From positions 248,001 through 312,000 of the forward strand of contig BROI01000019.1 in NCBI GenBank assembly GCA_027923505.1: a DNA stretch of 64,000 bases, read 5' to 3'. This stretch comes from Mayamaea pseudoterrestris (lineage: Eukaryota). Made by a program: the position numbers and the translations under genes. The notes beneath the pieces were generated by a model. It was not told the DNA's origin. It saw only the letters and a list, made by a program, of their open reading frames with translations, and did no database searches. Within the stretch, counting starts at the first letter, position 1. The number at the start of each line of letters is the position of its first letter. Positions 55,011 to 64,000 of the stretch are shown here, in pieces.

Positions 55011-57419
55011 ATGCTCCGATATCTACTTAAAGGTAGATCCATCAAAGACCGTTCCAAGTACCAGGAGCTTCCGTCGGTCGACGTTGACAATGATGAGCAT
55101 TCTGCAAGCCGAGCAGATGCTGACGCTTCAGCAATGCACGCTCGGAAGCAGTGGGATTATGGAACCCAGAAGCCTCATTCTCGTTGGCAGCAGTTTATTT
55201 CATCTTTTACAACTTGGTTCTTGTTAAAGTGCATTGCTGGTGTAGCTGTCCTGATCATCTCTGTGCAAGTAGCCGCACACGCAAAACGACGAAAAAATAC
55301 CTCTGCTACCGTGCCTCCCCAACGAATCCATCACGGAACATTGCCGACGTTGCTTAACGTTGTGAATGTTCGAAAAGATTCAACAAGACAGTATGCTACC
55401 GATGATTTTGAACCATTGTACGTTTACTCGCTCGATAATCCGCAATATGATCGAATCCAAAAGGCAATGTTTATGCATCAAGTTGATTGGTTACTACATG
55501 AGACTGCGAACAACGTGACTGAATGGCCAGAATTATCAGTCGATAGCACAACTATCTCCTTTTACGAGCCGCTCGTCCTGTCTTGGACAGCCGGAGCTGT
55601 CAAGCATAGTGCTAGCACGCGCAACGTCTGGTCGCAGTTGAAAACGAACAAACACGACATTCGGCAGCCACTCGTGACAGACGAGACGCTCATTATACTA
55701 GCATGCTACGATGAACATGATGAACCGAACTTGGAGGGTATGAATGATATTGCAAGTAGGATTGTTGAAGTTGCCACTGTTGAGCAAGCCTTGCAAACCT
55801 CGGCCCATCACATTACGCAAACTTGTAGCGCAAAAACGTTGGCGCAATACAACATTTCGCAAAATGACGAAGCCTCGTCATGGTTCATTCCTCGTTTTCC
55901 AGCGATTCGACGCAATTACTGCCAATTTGCACTATATCAGCCAATGCAAGTGACTGCAAATGACAAGATGGAAACATTGGTTGAGCTTGCGAGATCCCCT
56001 CGCTTGTCCATACAGTCGCTGCACAGGCCAATGGCAATTCACTTGGCACTATCAAGTAATTCTTTACAAATGGTGGTCGACTTTACGACTGGAAAAGGCG
56101 GAGAGAGTGCATGCATCGGCGTACCAGTCGTGGAGTACGGACTCGTCGAGCCGGCAACGTCGATGCAACCACCTTTTTCACAGCGGCTCCGTAGATTGGG
56201 AACCACCAGCACGTACGCAGCCAGCGACATGTGCCAGGCGCCTGCCAATCAAAGGGAACCAGGCAAATTCATAGCACCAGGCTGTCTCCACTCGGTCACC
56301 ATGGAAGGATTACTGCCCGACACACGCTACTGGTATCAGGTTGGCGTCAAAGACGGAGAAAACGTTCTGGAATGGTCAAACGTCAAGGAATTTACTAGTG
56401 CGCCAGTGACTGGCGTTGACATGGATGAAGATAATGACCTTGACTTTCAGCCGTTTACATTTTTGGCATACGGCGATCAAGGTTGCCCATCGACGGGCTG
56501 GACCAAGGGTGGAGAGTGGATTGCACGCATGGTGGAGGCGGAACTGGATCACGACGTCACATCAAAGACCGTGCGCATGGTCCACCATATCGGAGATTTG
56601 TCATACGCCGAAGGAGCGGCTCATATTTGGGACGAGTGGCAGCATATGATCGAGCCAATTACAAGTCGTGTTCCTTACATGGTTGGGGTTGGAAATCATG
56701 AATATGACCATACTGGCGGAGGCATTGGCAAGGATCCGAGCGGAGTTAATACTCCAGATGGCTTTCGTCCCGACTGGGGCAACTTTGGGACCGACTCGGG
56801 AGGTGAGTGTGGGGTTGCCACAGCCAAGCGATTTACCATGCCGCAATCCGATACAAGCAATGGTGTGTTTTGGTACTCATATGAGTTTGCCAACCTGCAC
56901 ACCATCATGATCAGCTCTGAGCACGATTTAGCAAAAGGTTCACCACAGCATACTTGGTTGGAGAATGACTTGCGCTTAGTTGACCGTACGCGGACGCCTT
57001 GGATCATTGTTGAAACACATCGTCCCTTGTATAACCCAGAGACTCTTTGGGAGCAAAACAATGTTGGCATTGCTATGCGCTATGAGATTGAGGACTTACT
57101 TTACACATATAAGGTGGATCTCGTCCTTGCTGGCCACTACCATTCTTACTTTCGCTCATGCAATGGGTTATACCGCGATGAATGTAACAAAGGCGGCCCA
57201 ACCTATCTAACAATTGGAAGCGCCGGTGCACGCCTTGACGAAGCATGGTTCTATCCCAACGCGTGGACAGCAAAGTCCATTCAGAAGCAATATGGCTACG
57301 GGCGAATTACAATCATGAATGCCACTGCTGTGCACTTTGAATTCGTCAAGGTTGGTGACTATAATGATGCAACGTCTGGCCAGATTGGGGATGACTTTTG
57401 GCTACATCGCAACAGATAG
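55011..57419 (+). CDS. Purple acid phosphatase, type II membrane-anchored (tandem copy 1)
   Basis: Metal-ligand motifs GDQG, GDLSY, GNHE, ETH and GHYH; Fn3-like PAP N-domain; N-terminal TM helix. Confidence 0.93.
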   Translation: MLRYLLKGRSIKDRSKYQELPSVDVDNDEHSASRADADASAMHARKQWDYGTQKPHSRWQQFISSFTTWFLLKCIAGVAVLIISVQVAAHAKRRKNTSATVPPQRIHHGTLPTLLNVVNVRKDSTRQYATDDFEPLYVYSLDNPQYDRIQKAMFMHQVDWLLHETANNVTEWPELSVDSTTISFYEPLVLSWTAGAVKHSASTRNVWSQLKTNKHDIRQPLVTDETLIILACYDEHDEPNLEGMNDIASRIVEVATVEQALQTSAHHITQTCSAKTLAQYNISQNDEASSWFIPRFPAIRRNYCQFALYQPMQVTANDKMETLVELARSPRLSIQSLHRPMAIHLALSSNSLQMVVDFTTGKGGESACIGVPVVEYGLVEPATSMQPPFSQRLRRLGTTSTYAASDMCQAPANQREPGKFIAPGCLHSVTMEGLLPDTRYWYQVGVKDGENVLEWSNVKEFTSAPVTGVDMDEDNDLDFQPFTFLAYGDQGCPSTGWTKGGEWIARMVEAELDHDVTSKTVRMVHHIGDLSYAEGAAHIWDEWQHMIEPITSRVPYMVGVGNHEYDHTGGGIGKDPSGVNTPDGFRPDWGNFGTDSGGECGVATAKRFTMPQSDTSNGVFWYSYEFANLHTIMISSEHDLAKGSPQHTWLENDLRLVDRTRTPWIIVETHRPLYNPETLWEQNNVGIAMRYEIEDLLYTYKVDLVLAGHYHSYFRSCNGLYRDECNKGGPTYLTIGSAGARLDEAWFYPNAWTAKSIQKQYGYGRITIMNATAVHFEFVKVGDYNDATSGQIGDDFWLHRNR

Positions 57420-57883
57420 CTATAAGTTGAATGGTAACACCCGCTTACCAAGATAATTTGCTTGTCTGCTAAGCCTAGGTATTGAAACATTGTGTTTATA
57501 CAACGCAGTAAAAACGATTTCGAACGCGAGGACTGACCGGTGTGTCCATGGGTAAACAAGGTGCAGCACCCACCCGATGACCATACGGCCATGCTTAAAG
57601 TCTTCCGGTATGAAAGCAAACATGGGCAAACATATATTTACGAATATACGCTGTAGTCAGAGTCAATGTTGGACAAAAACTGGCAACTATGATTGTGAAT
57701 CTGGACGAGAAGCGTCGAGCCTAGAATAGTAGCTAAAGTTGATCATGAAAATGACTCATTTAAATTCGGAAGGCATAAATAAGCACGTGCTGCGACACGA
57801 ACAAACGCAAATCCTGTGATCACCATGGCAGAACGTCCAAACTTTCTTGTAATTACATCGCTGCTGCATCTTCACGTCCTACG

Positions 57884-60250
57884 ATGAATCGCCAGAAGCA
57901 TGGTCAAGCCAAAATCCCGTTGGAGGATGACTTTCAAGAGGAATTCTGCTGCGTTTCCTTCGACGAAGAACATACCAAACGTTTGCTTGCAGGTCATCGA
58001 AACAAGGATCATCAATACAAGTCTCGATATGGATTCCACTCGAGAATTTACAAACGCATATTTGCGGCTACTGCCTTGGGCGTTGTGTTGCATGTTTCGT
58101 CAAAGCACCATCACTCTTGGAAGAAATCCACTGGATCAAAATTTGCTGCACCAAACGACGAAACACTCCCCACTTTGCTGAATGTCTTACTTCCATCCAT
58201 TAATATAGACGAATTGGATTTTCAAGATTCTTCAATATACGTGAATGCTCTCAATAATCCGCTCTACGATCGTTTGGAGCGAGCCGAGTGGAGAGTTGAT
58301 CGATCCGATGAGGCTTTGCGCTTTGCGTTGGGGTGGGTGCTGGAGCCTTGCGAAATATCAATTGATCGCACGAGCATTGCCGCTTACGAACCACTCACTG
58401 TTTCATGGTCGACTGGAACAATGCATGCGGCGACTGCCAGCGGAGAACGAAGTCGTAATATAATTTCAGTTGTGACGGAGGAATCAATTATGATATTATC
58501 TTGTAGCGACGACGCCAACGACTACAGTCGCGCAGGAAGCAGTTTGGAAGTATTGAATGCATCAAGAAAACAAATTCAGGATGCTGCAATGATTCAGCAG
58601 GCCAAGAAAACGTCTCGCTACCATTTGCGATTGGCGGCAAGGACGAAACGCTCGCTGCTTGGTGACGACGAAAATGTTTGGTTCATTCCAAGCTTTCCCG
58701 TGATCCGCCACAAATACTGTCAATTCAAGCTCTATCAATCGATAATTACAACGAAAGCTGATACAGAACAGGAAGTTTTGGCTCCAATCGCCGAGTCGCC
58801 ACGCTTTACCATTGACTCGTTGAACAAACCCTTGTCAATCCATTTGGCGCTAGCGCTTGAACCGTCACAAATGGTTGTCAACTTTGTGACTGGCACTGCC
58901 ATCGAATGCCGCCAAAATACAAGTCTTGCAATTGTCGAATATGGTTTGGTCTCGTCATCAATTTCGTTCCGGCAATTTGGAACGACAACTACCTACACGG
59001 CCAGCGACATGTGCCAGGCTCCTGCCAATGTGACGGCACCAGGCAAGTTTAGGCCGCCTGGTTGTCTTCATTCCGTTACCATGGATGGTTTGGAGCCGAA
59101 TGCCCAATACTGGTACAAGGTAGGCGTTCAACAAGAACACGAGGATGGAGTCGTTGATTGGTCGGACGTTTACGAATTTACAAGCGCACCAACGGTGGGT
59201 TCCAGTGGAAACAAGCATGGCTATGTGGACGAGGCTTTGGACGACGCTGAATTCGAGCCATTTGCATTCATTGCTTACGGCGATCAAGGCTGCCCTGCGA
59301 CAGGTTGGACCAAGGGAGCCGCTTGGGTTGCCCGCATGGTGGAAGCGGAGCTGAATTACAATGCCACGCCAACGCGGCCCGCTGTCCGCATGGTTCATCA
59401 CATTGGCGACTTGTCGTATGCAGAAGGCGCTGCACACATTTGGGATGAGTGGCAACACATGATTGAACCAATCACCGCACGCGTCCCGTATATGGTCGGC
59501 GTTGGCAATCACGAGTACGATCACAAGAATGGCGGTACTGGCAAGGATCCGAGTGGAGTCACAACAGACGGTGGTTTTCAGCCTGACTGGGGAAACTTTG
59601 GAGACGATTCACGTGGCGAATGTGGTGTACCTACCGCAAAGCGATTTACCATGCCAAAGTCTGACACGAGCAATGGTGTTTTTTGGTATTCGTTTGACTT
59701 TGCCAATGTCCATACTATCATGATCAGCTCGGAGCATGCTCTTTACCCGGGGACACCGCAATACACTTGGTTGGAGCATGACTTGCTCACTGTGAATCGA
59801 CTCAAAACACCATGGCTAATTTTAGAGACGCATCGTCCCATGTATACGCCCGACAATATTTGGAAGCGCGACAAGGTATCCGTTGGCATGCGACGGGAGT
59901 TTGAAATGCTATTAAAGCAATACAAGGTCGACCTTGTGCTTGCTGGACATATGCACTCATATCATCGATCCTGCGATGGTTTGTATGAAGAGACTTGCAA
60001 CAACGGAGGATCAACTTATGTCACTGTTGGCAGCGCCGGCGCTAGGTTTCAGCCAGTGATTAGCCGCCACAACTCCTGGACTGCCAAGTCGATACAACGT
60101 CAATTTGGTTACGGTCGGATTACAGTCATGAACGCGAGCGCTTTGCATTTTGAATTTGTCAAGGTTGGCAAAACTGACGAGGATTCTGGAGCCGTCGGGG
60201 ACGACTTTTGGTTGTATCGCGAACATGACAGCGTGAGTGAAGATTGCTGA
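57884..60250 (+). CDS. Purple acid phosphatase, type II membrane-anchored (tandem copy 2)
   Basis: GDQG, GDLSY, GNHE, ETH and GHMH motifs; collinear with copy 1. Confidence 0.93.
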   Translation: MNRQKHGQAKIPLEDDFQEEFCCVSFDEEHTKRLLAGHRNKDHQYKSRYGFHSRIYKRIFAATALGVVLHVSSKHHHSWKKSTGSKFAAPNDETLPTLLNVLLPSINIDELDFQDSSIYVNALNNPLYDRLERAEWRVDRSDEALRFALGWVLEPCEISIDRTSIAAYEPLTVSWSTGTMHAATASGERSRNIISVVTEESIMILSCSDDANDYSRAGSSLEVLNASRKQIQDAAMIQQAKKTSRYHLRLAARTKRSLLGDDENVWFIPSFPVIRHKYCQFKLYQSIITTKADTEQEVLAPIAESPRFTIDSLNKPLSIHLALALEPSQMVVNFVTGTAIECRQNTSLAIVEYGLVSSSISFRQFGTTTTYTASDMCQAPANVTAPGKFRPPGCLHSVTMDGLEPNAQYWYKVGVQQEHEDGVVDWSDVYEFTSAPTVGSSGNKHGYVDEALDDAEFEPFAFIAYGDQGCPATGWTKGAAWVARMVEAELNYNATPTRPAVRMVHHIGDLSYAEGAAHIWDEWQHMIEPITARVPYMVGVGNHEYDHKNGGTGKDPSGVTTDGGFQPDWGNFGDDSRGECGVPTAKRFTMPKSDTSNGVFWYSFDFANVHTIMISSEHALYPGTPQYTWLEHDLLTVNRLKTPWLILETHRPMYTPDNIWKRDKVSVGMRREFEMLLKQYKVDLVLAGHMHSYHRSCDGLYEETCNNGGSTYVTVGSAGARFQPVISRHNSWTAKSIQRQFGYGRITVMNASALHFEFVKVGKTDEDSGAVGDDFWLYREHDSVSEDC

Positions 60251-60341
60251 TGAACGATTACCTGCGCATGTATGCCATGTACAAAGCGATATAAGAAAGT
60301 TTAATCGTTTATGCTGCTGTACAAAGATTATGCAACCTATT

Positions 60342-63300
60342 CTACCCACTGTTCCGCATGCCTTGCGCGATACCGTTGATACTAATCATCAACGCATCCT
60401 GCAAGTGCTCCACGCTCTTTTTGGAGGCGTCGTCGCTCTCCTTCTCCGTAGCTCTTAATCGCTTGAGGAACTCAGCTTGGCATACATTAATTGGGTCAAG
60501 GAACGGGAAGCGAATTGTGTTCGAGGCTCGGGTAAGTGCAACGTGTACACCAGCAACATGTTTGCTTTCGGTGATATCAAGGACTGCCTGACGGGTCTCA
60601 ACCAACTTATCTCTCACTTCCTCGCCAAGTTTTTTCAAATCTTCTGATTTATCCACCAACTGTGTATCGTAATTTTTGGCAATCGAATAGTCGGTTTTAG
60701 AAAGAATCATGGCAATTAGGTCGACAGTCTCGCGGAACCAAGGCCATTTTTGATACATATCTCGAAGTGTCTCAAGCTCCTCATCGTTCTCCGCATGCAA
60801 ACCTTTTCCAACCCCAAGCCATGCAGACAGATGCGTCCTAGTCTGTGTCCAAGCAAAAGTCCAGGGAATAGCTCTAAGCGATTCAATGCCTCCCATGGGG
60901 TTACGTTTTGCAGGTCGACTCCCAATGTTCAGGCGGTTGAGCTCGAGTTCAGGCGTGGCCTGCCGGAAGTATGGAACAAATCGAGGCTCTTCTCGAACTA
61001 GCTGTCTGTATTCCTCGCAGCTGTTGTCAGAAATCTTTTCCATTTGCTGCCTCCACTTCTTTTTCGGTTCCACGTGCTTTGTAAAGTGCTCCCGACATAC
61101 GGCTGATGTGTACGTGTCGAGCGTCCGCTCCGCTATAGATTGAGCGCCAAAATTCTGCGTAATCATCTCTCCCTGTTCCGTCACTCTGAAGCGCCCGTTA
61201 ATGGTATTTGGAGGATGCGCCGACATAATTGCCCGGTACACTGACGGATTGCCGCCTCTTGAAACAGTGCCTCCCTTGCCGTGGAAGAATGTCAGCTCGA
61301 TACCAGCTTGCGCGGCAACGTTTACCATATCTTCCTGCGACTTGTACTGCGCCCAACACGCCGCCAGTCGACCGGCATCTTTTGCGCTATCACTGTATCC
61401 CACCATGACCTCCTGTTTGCCGCGGATAACACCCACGTACACCGGTACGGAGAAAAGCGTTTTCAATACACTGGCAGCATTCGTCAAATCATTCAGCGTT
61501 TCAAAAAGCGGAACGACACGCATTAAATTGCCCTTGTCTGCTGTCATTCCAAATTGCTTTTGTAGCAGCATTACTGCAAGAACGTCACTCGCGGTCTGTG
61601 CTTGACTAATCACATAGGCACCGAGACTATCTGAGCTGAGACTTGCTGCAGTTTCAAAGGTTTGCAAGGTATTGACGACAGTTTGTTCAAAGCCCATTTC
61701 TTCAAGATCGCGGATACGAAATAAAGGACGTCGATTGACAAGTTCACTCGTCAGCCAGTTCAATCGCGCTTCTTCGGTCCATTCATTGTATGATCCAATG
61801 CCAAGATACCTCGTGATGGCATCCAAGGCTTCAGTGTGACGGCCTGACTCTTCTCGAATATCCAACGGCAGCAATGATATTCCAAAGCTCGCAACACGTC
61901 GGATAATATCCACAAGCTTGCCGTCGGCAACGAGGCCATAGCCAGTCGACACCAGAGAGTCGTACATGATACGAAGAGGTTGCATAAGGTCTTCATCCTT
62001 GGTTATTGGATCGACATCACTCCATCCATCCGCCAAATCATCCACAACGGTATGCTGCAAGTGTCCACCACTAGAAAGTTTAGCCAACTCCATCTCACAT
62101 TCGCGCGCCGTCTTGACTAAGCGCTTGATCAAGTGACTAACAACACGTCGATACTTTTCGCGTATGTGCAGACTCTGCTTGATACTTCCAGCCAATTCCA
62201 ATAATGCTGGCGAGAATCGGGCCGAAATGTTAAGCTCGCCCAAGAGGTCATACATGTCGCGCATAAAGAGGCGAGCCGCCCGTAAATGCTGCTGCAAGAC
62301 AACCTCGCGTGTAACGAGCGGCGTAACGTTTGGATTGCCGTCGCGGTCACCACCAATCCATGACGCGAATTTAATGGGTACAAAGTCTATAGGAAGTCTC
62401 ATGCCAAGTGTAAGTTGCACTTGGGCATCAAGTTTACGCAAGTAAGCTGGGACAGCATCCCACAAGACACTCTCCAAAATGGCATTGCCACCAGTTGCCT
62501 CCTGCTGCGGAGTTGGCTTCAACCGCCTAATTTCGTCGGCTCCCAGTATGCTAGCGACAGTTCTTTGCAAGTCCATTTTGATGTGAGTCTTTTCAAAGGC
62601 CGACAAGTCGGGTCGTTCAAGTGTCGCTAGTTGATCGGAAATGTGACTGTACTTGCGGAGCATACTCTTACGCTGAACCTGAGTCGGATGCGCCGTCAGC
62701 ACAATCTCCACCTTTTGCTGAAGCAATTGCCTAAAAATTTGTTCCTTGGTCGCCAATCCAGATTCCAGCAAAGCATCCATTGTTCCTCGCATAGAGTCTT
62801 CGACGACTGGAAGCGGACCTCCCTGACTATCGCGCACCGACTCGTGGGCTCGCATTTGTCGCGTCCGGTGCTGAACTTCGGCCGAGTTCACCAAGTTGAG
62901 CATGACGGAGAAGGTTCGCATGACTCCAACAGCATCCTGTGCATCCAAATCAGCAGCAAGCTGCACCATGCGTTCCATGGTTGACTCCTGATTCTTACTG
63001 GGGTCGGCTCGTTCCAATCCTAGCGAGCGGAATTGCTCGTACAGGTCGTGGACTTTTTGGCTCTCCGAGTTGACAATATCCGACAAAATGTCGGAAAGTA
63101 GTTGAATGTCGTTCAACAAGGGAGCATCTCTATCCATATCAATTGATCCGCTCTGAGAAAGAGGCGCCGCAATCTCCAAGTCCATGGTTTCGACATTGGC
63201 ATTCGGTTCCTTGGTGGAGGGCTGTGTGACGCTACCGGTAGATGGATTCGTTCCGCGAGCCGGAGCTGCATTTTTGCCGCTGCTAGCACATTGTACAGTT

Positions 63301-63353
63301 GCTGGCAAGGTAATCAGCAGTGCTGCTATACGCGACAGTCGATTAAATCTCAT
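60342..63353 (-). CDS. PEPC: Phosphoenolpyruvate carboxylase with signal peptide (PEPC1-like, probably periplastid)
   Basis: VLTAHPT, WIGGDRDGNP, QEVMVGYSDSAKDAG, FHGKGGTVSRGG, LRAIPW and C-terminal MRNSG. ATG at 63353 gives MRFNRLSRIAALLITLPATVQCA. Confidence 0.96.
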   Translation of the reverse strand: MRFNRLSRIAALLITLPATVQCASSGKNAAPARGTNPSTGSVTQPSTKEPNANVETMDLEIAAPLSQSGSIDMDRDAPLLNDIQLLSDILSDIVNSESQKVHDLYEQFRSLGLERADPSKNQESTMERMVQLAADLDAQDAVGVMRTFSVMLNLVNSAEVQHRTRQMRAHESVRDSQGGPLPVVEDSMRGTMDALLESGLATKEQIFRQLLQQKVEIVLTAHPTQVQRKSMLRKYSHISDQLATLERPDLSAFEKTHIKMDLQRTVASILGADEIRRLKPTPQQEATGGNAILESVLWDAVPAYLRKLDAQVQLTLGMRLPIDFVPIKFASWIGGDRDGNPNVTPLVTREVVLQQHLRAARLFMRDMYDLLGELNISARFSPALLELAGSIKQSLHIREKYRRVVSHLIKRLVKTARECEMELAKLSSGGHLQHTVVDDLADGWSDVDPITKDEDLMQPLRIMYDSLVSTGYGLVADGKLVDIIRRVASFGISLLPLDIREESGRHTEALDAITRYLGIGSYNEWTEEARLNWLTSELVNRRPLFRIRDLEEMGFEQTVVNTLQTFETAASLSSDSLGAYVISQAQTASDVLAVMLLQKQFGMTADKGNLMRVVPLFETLNDLTNAASVLKTLFSVPVYVGVIRGKQEVMVGYSDSAKDAGRLAACWAQYKSQEDMVNVAAQAGIELTFFHGKGGTVSRGGNPSVYRAIMSAHPPNTINGRFRVTEQGEMITQNFGAQSIAERTLDTYTSAVCREHFTKHVEPKKKWRQQMEKISDNSCEEYRQLVREEPRFVPYFRQATPELELNRLNIGSRPAKRNPMGGIESLRAIPWTFAWTQTRTHLSAWLGVGKGLHAENDEELETLRDMYQKWPWFRETVDLIAMILSKTDYSIAKNYDTQLVDKSEDLKKLGEEVRDKLVETRQAVLDITESKHVAGVHVALTRASNTIRFPFLDPINVCQAEFLKRLRATEKESDDASKKSVEHLQDALMISINGIAQGMRNSG

Positions 63354-63579
63354 TGTTCTTTCAAAACTGAAGAAGAAAATCGGATGGACCATGGTGTCGA
63401 GTTCGTCGAGGTTTCCGGGTCGTCGAAACGTCACTCACCTTCTAACAGTACCGGTGCGATAAATCGAATCGTACCGCGTCACTTCAATCGTGCGAACACT
63501 CTGACCTCGAAACGTGAACGATTCGGTTCTCTTCCACATGGTGCACCTCAGCAGTTCACAACGAAGCATTCCTTTCACC

Positions 63580-64000
63580 ATGAGCAACAATCACCATCCA
63601 ATGATGCAATACAGCAGCAGTTATACTGCATCCGCAGAGACTCTCCTGCATATTCCTCGTGCCCAGGATTGGAGCAAGGGTGTTGCCATTCACGAGCAAG
63701 GCAATACATCTGCTGTTGTCTTCCGAGTGCTCGAAAATTTGAATCGCGGCAGTCTTCTCGAACCAAAGTTTCGCACCATTCTCACCAACGCGGATGGTGA
63801 GCAAGTGGTTGCGCTTGTCAAACTAAACCGCCGCAGCATTCGTCCGCACTGGTGCATTTATCTGGCGACGAGTGCTGTGACTGGCTGTCCACGACGAAGT
63901 GCAAGCGGCGACTTGACAAGTGGCGATCGCGATCAATTGCCGCCGAACATGATACTATATGGAGTATTGCACAGGAATGGTGACTTTACGACGACTGGAT
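63580..64000 (+). CDS. LURP-one/Tubby-C-like protein (3'-partial)
   Basis: My translation from ATG 63580 stays open to the window end: ...AVVFRVLEN...TILTNADGEQVVALVKLNRRSIRPHWCIY..., resembling the LOR fold pattern. Not in the ORF track because it has no stop in the window. Confidence 0.55.
   Translation, partial: MSNNHHPMMQYSSSYTASAETLLHIPRAQDWSKGVAIHEQGNTSAVVFRVLENLNRGSLLEPKFRTILTNADGEQVVALVKLNRRSIRPHWCIYLATSAVTGCPRRSASGDLTSGDRDQLPPNMILYGVLHRNGDFTTTG

Overview
Gene-dense eukaryotic nuclear DNA of about 50% GC, most consistent with a pennate diatom: short GT-AG introns, bipartite plastid/periplastid presequences, a signal-peptide-bearing bacterial-type PEPC and a DUF6824-like protein. About 28 protein-coding genes are supported. 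Recognisable ones include eIF5B, a 4-exon midasin (MDN1), an RlmN-type radical SAM methyltransferase, PEP carboxylase, two tandem purple acid phosphatases, an SLC25 carrier, Pet100, LTO1, C9orf85, and YbaK, bromodomain, F-box, BTB and TPR-SET proteins. The most notable observations are: (1) a 467-bp PIF/Harbinger-like MITE with a CTG target duplication and a symmetric core of palindromes, sitting in a CpG-eroded Pro/Ser-repeat pseudogene; (2) all three midasin introns fall in Walker A motifs; (3) a Tat-targeted PsaN-like lumenal protein; (4) a tail-anchored RlmN; (5) one in-frame TAA splitting a glycosyltransferase-like gene; (6) a duplicated relic of a convergent gene junction beside an orphan pseudogene. 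No rRNA, tRNA or CRISPR array could be supported. All family calls come from motif recognition by eye, not database searches, and I cannot claim that any finding is a new biological system.
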